Origin: Alphaproteobacteria bacterium
Lineage (GTDB): Bacteria; Pseudomonadota; Alphaproteobacteria; TMED109
Direction of reading: 5' to 3'
DNA: 63,421 nucleotides
NCBI GenBank assembly: GCA_029243935.1
Contig: JAQWRB010000031.1
Coordinates: 1-63,421 of the forward strand
Shown here piece after piece: positions 1 through 11,293 of the stretch. The position numbers and the translations under genes were made by a program. Below the pieces are notes generated by a model. The model did no database searches and had not been told where the DNA came from. It worked only from the letters and a program-made list of their open reading frames with translations. The stretch's first letter is position 1. Each line of letters opens with the position of its first letter.

Positions 1-2
1 AT

Positions 3-413
3 ATGCCTATTACTAAATCTATTTTAAATTTTAAGGGAAGGATATTAAATATAGATAAGATATCAAATAATGTGGGAATGTTTTCTTTTAAGCAGCTTTG
101 CCAATCAAATTTTTCGTCGCTAGATTATATTCAACTTTGTAATCAATGTGATTGGATAATATTATCTCATGTACCTAAATTGGATCAGGAAGACAGAAAC
201 TTAGCTAAAAGGTTTCAAACCCTTGTAGATATTTTATATGATAAAAATATTGGATTAGCGTTATCTTCAGATTTTAAACCTGAGGATATATATATAGATG
301 GAGATGGCAATAAAGAGTTTAGAAGAACTGTTTCGAGAATATATGAAATGACTCATAAAGAATGGTTAAATAAAATAAAAAATAAAGGTTTTAAAAAATT
401 ATTGAATTTATGA
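3..413 (+). CDS. zapE: ZapE/AFG1-family ATPase, C-terminal fragment (5' end outside window)
   Basis: Frame is open from the window edge. C-terminal FRRTVSRIYEM-type motif is typical of AFG1/ZapE. Position upstream of the mdh-suc cluster fits alphaproteobacterial synteny. Confidence 0.6.
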   Translation: MPITKSILNFKGRILNIDKISNNVGMFSFKQLCQSNFSSLDYIQLCNQCDWIILSHVPKLDQEDRNLAKRFQTLVDILYDKNIGLALSSDFKPEDIYIDGDGNKEFRRTVSRIYEMTHKEWLNKIKNKGFKKLLNL

Positions 414-464
414 TATTCATCATGAAGTTCATTTATTTTAATAATTTGAGATTTTGGAGGTATT

Positions 465-1622
465 GTGTCTAATCAAATAATTTTACCAAGTATTATGCAA
501 ATTGGAGCTAAAGCTAGTCAAGAAATTGGCGCTATCCTAAATAGTTTAGATTATAAAAAACCATTAATTATTACTGATAAAATGATGGTTGAACTTGGCT
601 ATGCAAGTAAAATTCAAGAAAGTCTTAATTCTATAAATATTCATGCAGATATTTTTGCAGATACTATTCCTGAGCCGACTGTTGCTTCTATTCAGGCAGG
701 AGTGAATAAAATAAAAAGTGCAGATTATGATTGTATTATTGCTTTAGGAGGAGGCAGTCCGATTGATAGTGCTAAAGCAATTGGTATTTTAGGAAAATTT
801 GGAGGTGTGATGCGTGATTATAAATTTCCTCGTATGGTTTCAGAATCTGGTGTTCCTATTATTGCTATTCCGACGACCGCTGGAACTGGTTCTGAAGTTA
901 CACGTTTTACTATAATATCAGATGAAAATACCGATGAAAAAATGTTATGCGTGGGAAGAGGGTTCATGCCATCTGTTGCTTTAATAGACTATGAGTTAAC
1001 AATTAGTTTACCGCAAAGAGCAACAGCGGACACAGGAATAGATGCTTTAACTCATGCAATGGAAGCATATGTAAGTAAAAAAGCTAACCCTTATAGTGAT
1101 GCACAGGCTATAGCAGCTATGAGATTAATTGGCCCTAATTTAAGGAGAGTTTATCATAATGGAAAGGATATAGAAGCTCGGGAAAAAATGATGCTGGGAG
1201 CAACTTTAGCTGGTATCGCTTTCTCAAATGCCTCTGTTGCTTTAGTGCATGGAATGAGTAGACCTATAGGAGCATTTTATCATGTTCCGCATGGTTTATC
1301 GAATGCAATGTTGCTTCCTACAGTTACAGAATTTTCCTTACCTTCTGCAACAAAACGGTATGCTGATTGTTCTAGAGCAATGGGGGTTGCTTTATCAGAA
1401 GATAATGATGAGATTGCAAATCAAAAATTATTATCAGAGCTTGTTGCTATTAATGAAGAGCTTAATGTACCTACTCCTAAAGAGTTTGGTATAAATGAAA
1501 CAGATTTTATGAATAACTTAGAGGTAATGGCAAAACAGGCAATTGCGTCAGGCTCTCCAGGAAACAATCCAAGGATACCTGAAGTTTCTGAAATTATAGA
1601 TATATATAAACTTTTATGGTAG
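465..1622 (+). CDS. iron-containing (group III) alcohol dehydrogenase
   Basis: GTG start preceded by GGAGG. GGGSPIDSAKA nucleotide-binding motif and metal-ligand His motifs (HAMEAY, HGMSRPIG..HVPHG). 385 aa. Confidence 0.85.
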   Translation: MSNQIILPSIMQIGAKASQEIGAILNSLDYKKPLIITDKMMVELGYASKIQESLNSINIHADIFADTIPEPTVASIQAGVNKIKSADYDCIIALGGGSPIDSAKAIGILGKFGGVMRDYKFPRMVSESGVPIIAIPTTAGTGSEVTRFTIISDENTDEKMLCVGRGFMPSVALIDYELTISLPQRATADTGIDALTHAMEAYVSKKANPYSDAQAIAAMRLIGPNLRRVYHNGKDIEAREKMMLGATLAGIAFSNASVALVHGMSRPIGAFYHVPHGLSNAMLLPTVTEFSLPSATKRYADCSRAMGVALSEDNDEIANQKLLSELVAINEELNVPTPKEFGINETDFMNNLEVMAKQAIASGSPGNNPRIPEVSEIIDIYKLLW

Positions 1623-1672
1623 AAAGAATAGTTATTTTTAATAGATGAAATATGCTTTATTAGGAGTAGTTA

Positions 1673-2557
1673 ATGTTTAGAGATGAAGTTCTATCTTACC
1701 CGGCAAATAAAATTACGGAAGAACAAAGAAAATTTTATTTTAATAATGGTTATTTAGTACTGAAAAATTTTGTACCTAAATGTACTTTAAAAGAACTAAA
1801 TAAAGTTACTAAAAAATTTATAAATAAAAGTAGAAAAATAATAAAATCAGATAATTTATTTGATTTGGCCCGAGAGCATACTAGAGAAAAACCTGTAGTA
1901 AGGAGAATTAAGAGACCTGATGAACAACATAAAGTTTATTGGGATTTTGCATCCGGATTAATGGCTGATTTAGCCTCTGACTTGGCTGGACCAGATGTGG
2001 TATTTCATCATTCAAAACTAAATTTTAAATGGTTTGATTCTGATGATAAAGTTAAGTGGCATCAAGATATTCAGTTTTTTCCTCACACTAATTATAATGT
2101 TTTTACTATCGGATGTTATTTGGAAGATACTGATATGGATAATGGACCATTAAGCGTGCTACCAAAAAGCCATGAAGGTAAACTGTATAATCAATATGAT
2201 GCTTCTGGTAATTGGGTTGGTGGTTTAAATCAAGAAGATGTAGGTTCTATAGATCTTTCGAAAGTTCAATATCTTATGGGAAATGCCGGATCAATAACTA
2301 TTCATAATTGTAGAACTTTGCATTCATCCCCTCCAAGTAGATCGCAAAGTCCTAGACCTTTATTATTAAATTGTTATTCATCAGCAGATGCGAAAGCATA
2401 TACACCTCATCCGGACAAATCTATAAATGCATATAGAGTTGTCAAGGGTATAAAATCTCTTTGGGCTCAGCATGATCCTAGACCATGCTTGATTCCTCCA
2501 GATTGGTCTGGAGGCTATACTTCAATATATGCTGCACAGGCAGGAGAAGATAAATAA
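1673..2557 (+). CDS. phytanoyl-CoA dioxygenase (PhyH) family Fe(II)/2-oxoglutarate dioxygenase
   Basis: WHQDIQFFPH (His-x-Asp) and distal HNCRTLHSS motif. Length 294 aa, typical of the PhyH family. Confidence 0.75.
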   Translation: MFRDEVLSYPANKITEEQRKFYFNNGYLVLKNFVPKCTLKELNKVTKKFINKSRKIIKSDNLFDLAREHTREKPVVRRIKRPDEQHKVYWDFASGLMADLASDLAGPDVVFHHSKLNFKWFDSDDKVKWHQDIQFFPHTNYNVFTIGCYLEDTDMDNGPLSVLPKSHEGKLYNQYDASGNWVGGLNQEDVGSIDLSKVQYLMGNAGSITIHNCRTLHSSPPSRSQSPRPLLLNCYSSADAKAYTPHPDKSINAYRVVKGIKSLWAQHDPRPCLIPPDWSGGYTSIYAAQAGEDK

Positions 2558-2626
2558 TATAAATACTTTAATATTTTATTTATTCGATATATATACGAAT
2601 AAGAATTACATCAATAAGGAATATAA

Positions 2627-3616
<990 letters not shown>

Positions 3617-3723
3617 CTTTTTTAATAAATAATTTATTAGATAGTTATTAGTAGTTTAATTTTTTTAAATTACATGATAAGAAAGTTTACTCAGTATATA
3701 TAAAAGATTATTGGTGATTAGTG

Positions 3724-4890
3724 ATGAATATTCATGAATTTCAAGCAAAAAAAATATTAGCTAAGTATGGAGTAAGTATACCTAAAGGCAAAGAAGCATA
3801 TTCTTCTTCTGAAGCAGCTGCAGTGGCATTGGAGATAGGTGGAAAAAAATGGGTTGTAAAAGCACAAATTCATGCTGGAGGAAGAGGAAAAGCTGGAGGT
3901 GTGAAGATAGCTGATAGTGTTGAAGAAGTTACAAAAATAAGTAATAAATTGTTAGGCATGCAGTTAATAACTCATCAAACAGGTCCAGAAGGCAAAAAAG
4001 TAAACAAAATTTTTATTGAAGAAGGTATAAATATTTTATCTGAATTGTATCTAGGAATAGTGCTTGATCGGAGTAATGAAAAATATGTAATGATGGGGTC
4101 TACTGAAGGAGGTACAGAGATAGAAGTAGTGGCTGAAAAGACTCCAAAAAAAATCTTTAAAGTACAGATAGATCCCTTAATAGGAATGCAAGCTTATCAG
4201 GCACGACAATTAGTTTTTAAATTAGGTTTATCAAAAGCAGTTTCTAATAAAGCTGTTACATTTATGCTTGCTTTGGCAAAAACTGTAGAAGAAACTGATG
4301 CAAGTTTGGTGGAAATCAATCCTTTGGTAATAACTGATAATAATAATGTTTTAGCATTAGATGCTAAAATGAACTTCGATGATAATGCTTTATATAGACA
4401 TAAAGATATAGAAAGTTTGAGAGATGAGGATGAAGAAGATCCAAGAGAACTGGAAGCAGCAAAACATGATTTAAATTATATTAGCTTAGATGGAAATATT
4501 GGATGTATGGTTAATGGTGCTGGATTAGCTATGGCAACAATGGATATTATTAAGCTAGAAGGAGGCGCTCCTGCTAATTTTTTAGATGTAGGAGGTGGTG
4601 CTACTAAGGAAAGAGTAGAGCAAGCATTTAAAATAATTTTATCTGATGAAAAAGTTAAAGCAGTTCTAATAAATATTTTTGGTGGTATTATGAGGTGTGA
4701 TGTAATTGCAGAAGGCGTTGTGTCTGCAGCTAAAAATATAGAAATAAATATTCCTTTAATAGTTCGCTTAGCAGGAACTAATGTAGAAAAGGGTAAAGAT
4801 ATATTAAATAATTCAGGGTTAGATATAATTAGTGCAGATAGTTTAGGGGATGCGGCAAAAAAAGTTGTTTCATCTATAAGGGAGGCATAA
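3724..4890 (+). CDS. sucC: succinyl-CoA synthetase beta subunit
   Basis: [13 protein letters not shown]-terminus and ATP-grasp fold motifs. The track ORF begins one codon earlier at GTG 3721; ATG 3724 is preferred. Confidence 0.95.
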   Translation: MNIHEFQAKKILAKYGVSIPKGKEAYSSSEAAAVALEIGGKKWVVKAQIHAGGRGKAGGVKIADSVEEVTKISNKLLGMQLITHQTGPEGKKVNKIFIEEGINILSELYLGIVLDRSNEKYVMMGSTEGGTEIEVVAEKTPKKIFKVQIDPLIGMQAYQARQLVFKLGLSKAVSNKAVTFMLALAKTVEETDASLVEINPLVITDNNNVLALDAKMNFDDNALYRHKDIESLRDEDEEDPRELEAAKHDLNYISLDGNIGCMVNGAGLAMATMDIIKLEGGAPANFLDVGGGATKERVEQAFKIILSDEKVKAVLINIFGGIMRCDVIAEGVVSAAKNIEINIPLIVRLAGTNVEKGKDILNNSGLDIISADSLGDAAKKVVSSIREA

Positions 4891-5760
4891 ATGTCTATAA
4901 TAGTAAATTCAGATACTAAAGTAATATGCCAAGGGTTCACTGGTACGCAAGGAACATTTCATTCCGAACAAGCTATAGCATATGGTACAAAAATGGTAGG
5001 AGGAGTCTCGCCTGGAAAAGGAGATACTGCACACTTAGGCTTGCCTGTTTTTAATACAGTTGATGAGGCGGTATATAAAACAGATGTCAATACAAGTGTT
5101 ATATATGTTCCACCTCCGTTTGCAGCGGATGCAATACTAGAGGCAATAGAAGCAAAAATAGAATTAATTGTATGCATAACTGAAGGCATAGCTATAGCAG
5201 ATATGGTAAGGGTAAAAAATGTTTTAAATACGTCAAATAGCAGATTAATTGGCCCTAATTGTCCAGGTTTAATAACGCCAAATCAATGCAAAATAGGAAT
5301 AATGCCAGGTCATATTTGTATGGAAGGAAGTATTGGAATAGTTTCTAGATCAGGTACGCTTACATATGAAGCAGTTGATCAAACTACAGCATGTAAATTG
5401 GGACAATCTACTTGTGTTGGAATAGGAGGAGATCCGGTAGCTGGAACTAATTTTATAGATATTTTAGAACTTTTTCTTTCTGACGATGCTACTAAAGGTA
5501 TTATTATGATAGGAGAAATTGGTGGTTCCGCAGAAGAAGAAGCAGCAGATTTTATAAAGCACTCAAAAATAAAAAAACCAATAGTTAGTTTTATTGCAGG
5601 GTTAAGTGCCCCAGCCGGGAAAAGGATGGGACATGCTGGTGCTATTATATCTGGAGGTAGCGGGGGTGCTGAGGAAAAAATTGAATCTTTAAGATCGGCA
5701 GGGGTTTCTATAGCTTCTTCTCCAGCAACAATGGGTGAAGAAATATTAAAAATTATATGA
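4891..5760 (+). CDS. sucD: succinyl-CoA synthetase alpha subunit
   Basis: SRSGTLTYE and GHAGAII (phosphohistidine loop). ATG directly abuts the sucC stop. Confidence 0.95.
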   Translation: MSIIVNSDTKVICQGFTGTQGTFHSEQAIAYGTKMVGGVSPGKGDTAHLGLPVFNTVDEAVYKTDVNTSVIYVPPPFAADAILEAIEAKIELIVCITEGIAIADMVRVKNVLNTSNSRLIGPNCPGLITPNQCKIGIMPGHICMEGSIGIVSRSGTLTYEAVDQTTACKLGQSTCVGIGGDPVAGTNFIDILELFLSDDATKGIIMIGEIGGSAEEEAADFIKHSKIKKPIVSFIAGLSAPAGKRMGHAGAIISGGSGGAEEKIESLRSAGVSIASSPATMGEEILKII

Positions 5761-5784
5761 GAAAATAGTAAGGACTGATAAATT

Positions 5785-8652
5785 TTGTCAACACAGACTT
5801 TAAATAAGCAGGCTCGTTTCAATGAACTAAAGCAATTATATATTGCTTATAGTAAAGACAAAAATTTAGTAAATTTAGATTGGCAAGAATTTTTTAATGA
5901 CCTTGCTCCGGATGCCTCTTTATTCTTAAAAGAATTTAATATAAATAATGATGATAATTTATTTAATACCACTAATACAAATATAACTTTAGACTCAAAT
6001 AGTCGTTCTGCTACTTTAGATTCTATAAGAGCATTAATGCTTATTAGAGCTTATAGAGTTAGAGGTCATTTAAAAGCAAATTTAGATCCTTTAAAATTAA
6101 CACAAGCTTCTGATCACCCTGAACTTAAGCCAGAAAGTTATGGGTTTGAAGAAAAAGATATGGATAGATTAATATTTATAGATAATGTCTTAGGTATAGA
6201 ATCTGCAACATTAAGAGAAATTATAGCAAATCTTGAAGCAACATATTGTGGAACAATTGGAGTTCAATTTATGCATATTCAAGATCCTGAACAAAAAGCG
6301 TGGATACAAAAAACTTTAGAAAATGTTTTAAATCAGCCTGATTTCACAGATATGGGTAAGAAGGCCATATTAGAGAGATTAGTTGCCGCTGAAATTTTTG
6401 AGAGATTTTTGGATAGAAAATATACTGGTACAAAAAGATTTGGTCTAGAAGGTGCTGAATCTATGATTCCAGCTTTAGAGCAAATCTTAAAAAGAGGGAG
6501 TAAATTAGGTTTAGAAGAAGTTGTTATAGGTACTGCTCATAGAGGAAGATTAAACGTTTTAGCAAACTTTATGGGTAAGCCTTTTGAAGCTATTTTTTCT
6601 GAATTTCAAGGTAACTCTTCTCAGCCAGAAAATATTCAAGGAGCAGGAGATGTAAAATACCATTTAGGAACCTCATCTGATAGATCATTCGATGGTAAAA
6701 AAGTACATTTATCTCTAACAGCTAACCCTTCACATCTAGAAGCTGTAAATCCAGTTGTTGTTGGAAAAGTTAGGGCTAAACAAGATCAAAAAGAAGATTT
6801 AGGTCGTCGTAAAGTTGCAGCGTTATTAATTCATGGAGATGCTGCATTTTCTGGACAAGGTCTTGTTCCAGAAACTTTAGATTTATCTGAACTAAAAGGC
6901 TATAGAATTGGTGGAACTCTTCATTTTATTATTAATAACCAAATTGGCTTTACTACAAATCCAGTAAATTCAAGGTCAGGACCTTATTGTTCTGATGTGG
7001 CCCTAATGATACAGGCCCCAATATTCCATGTAAATGGTGATGATCCAGAAGCTGTAGTTCATGCCGCTAGAATGGCAATTGAATTTCGTCAAAAATTCAA
7101 TAAAGATATAGTGGTTGATATGTTTTGTTACAGACGTCATGGTCATAATGAAGGAGATGAGCCTGCATTTACTCAGCCTAATATGTATAAAGCTATTTCA
7201 AAACACTATTCTACTCGAGAAATTTATAGTAAAAAACTAATAGATCAAAATTTAATTTCTGAAAAAGAAGCTGAAGATTTTGTAGCCGACTGGTATGCCA
7301 GATTAGAAAAAGAATATGAAAAAGCTGGTTCTTATAAGCCTGATACTGCAGATTGGTTTAGTGGAGCTTGGAAAGGTTTGGATATTGCTAGAGAGAAAGG
7401 CAAAAGAAGAGGTGATACAAGTATAAACAAAGATCAGTTTAAATTAGTAGCGCAAGGCCTAAAAAACATACCTAAAGGGTTTAACCTTCATAAAAAGCTT
7501 CAAAAATTTATAGACCAAAGAAAAAATTCTCTTGAAGGTAAAACTTCTATTGACTGGTCTTCAGCCGAGGCAATGGCTTTGGGAAGTTTATTAATAGAGG
7601 GCGTAAAAATTAGGCTTACGGGACAAGACTCAGGTAGAGGAACATTTTCACAAAGACATGCTGTATTAGTAGATCAGGAGAATGAGAATAAGATAGTTCT
7701 TCTTAATAATATTTCAAAAGAGCAGGCTGTATTTGAAATAGTAGATAGCCCTTTATCTGAAGCCTCTGTTTTAGGATTTGAATATGGGTATTCTCTTGCA
7801 GAGCCAAATGCATTAGTAATGTGGGAAGCACAATTTGGAGATTTTGCAAATGGTGCACAAGTTATAATAGATCAATTTATTTCATCTGGTGAAAGTAAAT
7901 GGTTAAGAATGTCTGGATTAACTTTATTATTACCCCATGGTTATGAAGGGCAAGGGCCTGAACATTCTTCAGCAAGAATGGAAAGGTTTTTACAACTTTG
8001 TGCAGAAGATAATTTACAAGTTGTAAATTGTACGACGCCAGCAAATTATTTTCATGTTTTAAGGCGTCAGATGCATAGAGCTTTTAGAAAACCAGTAATA
8101 ATATTTACTCCAAAATCGCTATTAAGAAACAAGCATGCGGTATCTGAAATCTCTGATATGACAGAAGGTTCTTGGTTTCATCGAGTATTACCAGATCCAA
8201 AAATATTATTAAAGAATGATAAGTTAGTCAGAGTAGTCTTATGTTCAGGAAAAATTTTTTATGATTTAATAAAGATAAGAGAAGAGAAAGAATTAACGAA
8301 TATTAGATTAATAAGAATAGAACAGCTATACCCTTTTCCTGAGGATGCTGTAATCAGAGAGCTGAAATACTTTAAAGATGCTAAAATAATTTGGTGTCAA
8401 GAAGAACCAAAGAATATGGGAGCTTGGAGTTATATTAATTCATTAATAGAAGAAGTAATGATCAAAGTAGGTTCAAAACAAAATAGATTATCATATGCAG
8501 GCAGAGAAGGGCAAGCTTCAACAGCGACTGGATTGTTTAGTCGTCATACTCAAGAGCAAAAAGAGTTAATAGATAAAGCTTTATTAGGTTGTAAGGATAA
8601 TGTAATTCATAATAAAACAATTAAGGGTGAAAAAAAGAAAGTATTAAATTAA
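5785..8652 (+). CDS. sucA: 2-oxoglutarate dehydrogenase E1 component
   Basis: 955 aa, YRVRGHLKANLDPL motif and ThDP-binding region. TTG start. Confidence 0.95.
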   Translation: MSTQTLNKQARFNELKQLYIAYSKDKNLVNLDWQEFFNDLAPDASLFLKEFNINNDDNLFNTTNTNITLDSNSRSATLDSIRALMLIRAYRVRGHLKANLDPLKLTQASDHPELKPESYGFEEKDMDRLIFIDNVLGIESATLREIIANLEATYCGTIGVQFMHIQDPEQKAWIQKTLENVLNQPDFTDMGKKAILERLVAAEIFERFLDRKYTGTKRFGLEGAESMIPALEQILKRGSKLGLEEVVIGTAHRGRLNVLANFMGKPFEAIFSEFQGNSSQPENIQGAGDVKYHLGTSSDRSFDGKKVHLSLTANPSHLEAVNPVVVGKVRAKQDQKEDLGRRKVAALLIHGDAAFSGQGLVPETLDLSELKGYRIGGTLHFIINNQIGFTTNPVNSRSGPYCSDVALMIQAPIFHVNGDDPEAVVHAARMAIEFRQKFNKDIVVDMFCYRRHGHNEGDEPAFTQPNMYKAISKHYSTREIYSKKLIDQNLISEKEAEDFVADWYARLEKEYEKAGSYKPDTADWFSGAWKGLDIAREKGKRRGDTSINKDQFKLVAQGLKNIPKGFNLHKKLQKFIDQRKNSLEGKTSIDWSSAEAMALGSLLIEGVKIRLTGQDSGRGTFSQRHAVLVDQENENKIVLLNNISKEQAVFEIVDSPLSEASVLGFEYGYSLAEPNALVMWEAQFGDFANGAQVIIDQFISSGESKWLRMSGLTLLLPHGYEGQGPEHSSARMERFLQLCAEDNLQVVNCTTPANYFHVLRRQMHRAFRKPVIIFTPKSLLRNKHAVSEISDMTEGSWFHRVLPDPKILLKNDKLVRVVLCSGKIFYDLIKIREEKELTNIRLIRIEQLYPFPEDAVIRELKYFKDAKIIWCQEEPKNMGAWSYINSLIEEVMIKVGSKQNRLSYAGREGQASTATGLFSRHTQEQKELIDKALLGCKDNVIHNKTIKGEKKKVLN

Positions 8653-8682
8653 AATGCAATATATTAAGGTAGGTTTGTATAA

Positions 8683-9897
8683 ATGAAAATTCTTGTTCCT
8701 TCTTTAGGTGAGTCTATTACTGAAGCAACTGTAGCTAAATGGCTAAAGAAAAAAGGTGATATTGTCTCTAAAGATGAAGTATTATTGGAATTAGAAACGG
8801 ATAAAGCGACTTTAGAAGTCTATGCTCAGTCTGATGGCACCTTATCTGAAATATATTTTGAAGCTGGTCAAGATGTGGAAATTGGCGCTGAATTGGCAGA
8901 TTTTATAAAAGGTAAAAACAAAAATATTAGTAAAGATGATAAGCAAGAAAATAGTGAAGTAAAAGATGATAAAAATAATGAAGTTGAAGTGAAAGAAGTT
9001 GAAGAAAAAATTATTACTCCTGAAATAGTATCCTCTATAGAAGTTAAAAGATCAGGTGCAGGTAATAAAATAACTAAAAATGATTTACAAGAATTTATAG
9101 GAGGTAAGAATTTATCGCCTAGTCAAAGAAGAAAAGATATTTTTGATAAGCAAGATAATGTGGTGGATAGTATAAGTGGTAAAATACCATTAAGTACTAA
9201 TAAATCTTCTAGAGTTCCTATGACAAGATTGCAAAGGACTATGGCAGAAAGATTAAAATCATCACAAAACACAGCTGCCATGTTAACCACATTTAATGAA
9301 GTTGACATGTCAAAAGTAATCGAAATTAGAAATAGGAATAAAGATAATTTTGAAAGGAAGTATAATGTTAAGCTAGGATTTATGTCTTTTTTTTGTAATG
9401 CTGTTTCTTTAGCTTTGAAAGAAATACCGATTATTAATTCAGAAATAGATGGTAATGACATTATATATCATAATCATATAGACATAGGTATAGCTTTAAG
9501 TGCTCCTCAAGGTTTGCTAGTTCCAGTAATAAGAAATGTAGATTTAAAACCTTTCTCTGAGATAGAACAAAAAATTTATGACTTTGGAGTGGAGGCTAAA
9601 AATAGTTCAATAACTACTGCTCAAATGAGTGGTGCTACTTTTACGATCACTAATGGTGGTATTTATGGTTCAATGATGTCTACTCCTATTTTAAACCCTC
9701 CTCAAAATGGAATATTAGGGTTACATCAAATTAAAGATAGAGCTATAGTTGAAAACGGTGAAATAAAAATAAAACCTATGATGTATATAGCCTTAACCTA
9801 TGATCATAGAGCTATTTCTGGAAAAGAAGCTGTATCATTTTTGGTAAAAGTGAAAGAGTTTATAGAAAAGCCAGAAAGAATGTTAATAGGCTCATAA
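8683..9897 (+). CDS. sucB: dihydrolipoyllysine-residue succinyltransferase (E2)
   Basis: Lipoyl domain (ETDKATLEV), E3-binding segment, catalytic DHRAISGKEAV motif. Confidence 0.93.
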   Translation: MKILVPSLGESITEATVAKWLKKKGDIVSKDEVLLELETDKATLEVYAQSDGTLSEIYFEAGQDVEIGAELADFIKGKNKNISKDDKQENSEVKDDKNNEVEVKEVEEKIITPEIVSSIEVKRSGAGNKITKNDLQEFIGGKNLSPSQRRKDIFDKQDNVVDSISGKIPLSTNKSSRVPMTRLQRTMAERLKSSQNTAAMLTTFNEVDMSKVIEIRNRNKDNFERKYNVKLGFMSFFCNAVSLALKEIPIINSEIDGNDIIYHNHIDIGIALSAPQGLLVPVIRNVDLKPFSEIEQKIYDFGVEAKNSSITTAQMSGATFTITNGGIYGSMMSTPILNPPQNGILGLHQIKDRAIVENGEIKIKPMMYIALTYDHRAISGKEAVSFLVKVKEFIEKPERMLIGS

Positions 9898-11288
9898 TGG
9901 AAACTTTTGATTTAATTGTTATAGGTGGAGGTCCTGGTGGATATGTTTCTGCTATTGCTGCTGCACAATCAGGACTAAAAGTAGCTTGTATTGATAAAAG
10001 AAAAAATTTAGGTGGCACCTGTTTAAATATAGGATGTATTCCATCTAAAAGATTATTGTATTCCTCTGAATTATATGAGAACGTTAAAGATGAAATTCAT
10101 CATCATGGTATTGAAGTTAATGTCCCCAATTTTAATCTTTCTAAAATGATGGAAGGAAAAGAAGAAGCTGTTAAAAAGTTAACTAATGGAGTTCAATTTT
10201 TATTTAAAAAAAACAAAATTCATCATATCGTTGGTTTAGCATCTTTAGAGAAAGAAAAAATAGTTAAGGTAAATGAAATAAAATATCAGGCCAATAATAT
10301 TATAATTGCTTCAGGTTCTTATCCTTCAACATTAAAAAATATAAAGATTGATGAAGGAAAAATAGTATCATCGACAGGTGCTTTAAATTTTGAAAAAGTA
10401 CCGAAAAAATTAGCAGTTATAGGAGCGGGATATATTGGTTTGGAGTTAGGATCAGTCTGGAGGCGATTAGGTTCTGAAGTTACTGTAATTGAATATGCAG
10501 AGACTATTGTACCTTCTATGGATTTAGATATAGCGAATGCTTTTCATAATGAATTGAAAAAACAGGGAATGAATTTTGTACTTTCTTCTGAAGTTACTAA
10601 AGCTGAAATCAAGAGGGATAAAGTACATTTGCAGGTTAAATCAATAAAAGATAAGAAAAATAATGATTTAATTTTTGACAATGCACTTTTAGCTGTGGGC
10701 CGTATGCCAAAGACAGAAGGACTAGGATTAGAAAAAGCAGGAATAAAAACTACGGATAAAGGGCATGTTGAAGTAAATCATTTATATCAAACATCAATAG
10801 ATGGAATATATGCAATTGGAGATGTTATAGAGGGGCCCATGTTAGCTCATAAAGCTAGTATGGAAGGTCAGGTTGTTGTTGATATTATTACAGGAAAAAA
10901 TGGACAAGTGAATTATGATGCTATTCCTTCTGTAGTATATACCAATCCTGAGGTAGCTTGGGTAGGTAAAACTCAACAGGATCTGGATAAATATAAAGTT
11001 AATTATAATGTTGGAAAGTTTCAATTTTCTTCTAATTCACGAAGCAAAGTTTCTGGGAATACTACAGGAATGATTAAAGTTTATTCTCATTCCAAATCAG
11101 ATAAAATTTTAGGCGCACACATTTTAGGAAATCATGCAGGAGAAATGATTGGAGAGTTTGTGGTAGCGATTGAGATGGGTGCTACAGCTGAAGATATAGC
11201 ATTAATTTGTCATGCTCACCCTACGTTATCAGAATCTATTAAAGAAGCAGCAAGCTTAGCTTCATATGGACATACTATACATTCATAA
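9897..11288 (+). CDS. lpdA: dihydrolipoyl dehydrogenase (E3)
   Basis: GGGPGGY FAD motif, GGTCLNIGCIPSK redox disulfide, HAHPTLSE. TAATG overlap with the sucB stop. Confidence 0.93.
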   Translation: METFDLIVIGGGPGGYVSAIAAAQSGLKVACIDKRKNLGGTCLNIGCIPSKRLLYSSELYENVKDEIHHHGIEVNVPNFNLSKMMEGKEEAVKKLTNGVQFLFKKNKIHHIVGLASLEKEKIVKVNEIKYQANNIIIASGSYPSTLKNIKIDEGKIVSSTGALNFEKVPKKLAVIGAGYIGLELGSVWRRLGSEVTVIEYAETIVPSMDLDIANAFHNELKKQGMNFVLSSEVTKAEIKRDKVHLQVKSIKDKKNNDLIFDNALLAVGRMPKTEGLGLEKAGIKTTDKGHVEVNHLYQTSIDGIYAIGDVIEGPMLAHKASMEGQVVVDIITGKNGQVNYDAIPSVVYTNPEVAWVGKTQQDLDKYKVNYNVGKFQFSSNSRSKVSGNTTGMIKVYSHSKSDKILGAHILGNHAGEMIGEFVVAIEMGATAEDIALICHAHPTLSESIKEAASLASYGHTIHS

Positions 11289-11293
11289 TAAAA

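Noticed and set aside
2580-2602. TTATTCG-atatatata-CGAATAA hairpin after the PhyH gene, and the all-AT palindrome TAATAAAT-a-ATTTATTA after mdh, as terminators
   Set aside because: The stems are short and almost purely A-T with no clear U-tract, so they cannot be told apart from chance symmetry in AT-rich DNA.
4476-4940. Long antisense ORFs listed in the track inside real genes (for example 1282-1494, 2611-3048, 4476-4940, 5379-5822, 9123-9461, 13591-13974, 24271-24585, 24998-25381, 42703-43098, 44812-45312, 47053-47403, 58719-59141)
   Set aside because: Each lies wholly within and opposite (or out of frame to) a gene with strong family motifs. Their products are low-complexity with no recognisable domains, as expected for shadow frames in AT-rich DNA with few stops.
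7678-7689. A second GAGAATGAGAAT direct hexamer pair, as in the Fur-like site
   Set aside because: It lies inside sucA coding sequence (E-N-E-N), lacks the inverted third hexamer and has no promoter context, so it is probably coincidental.
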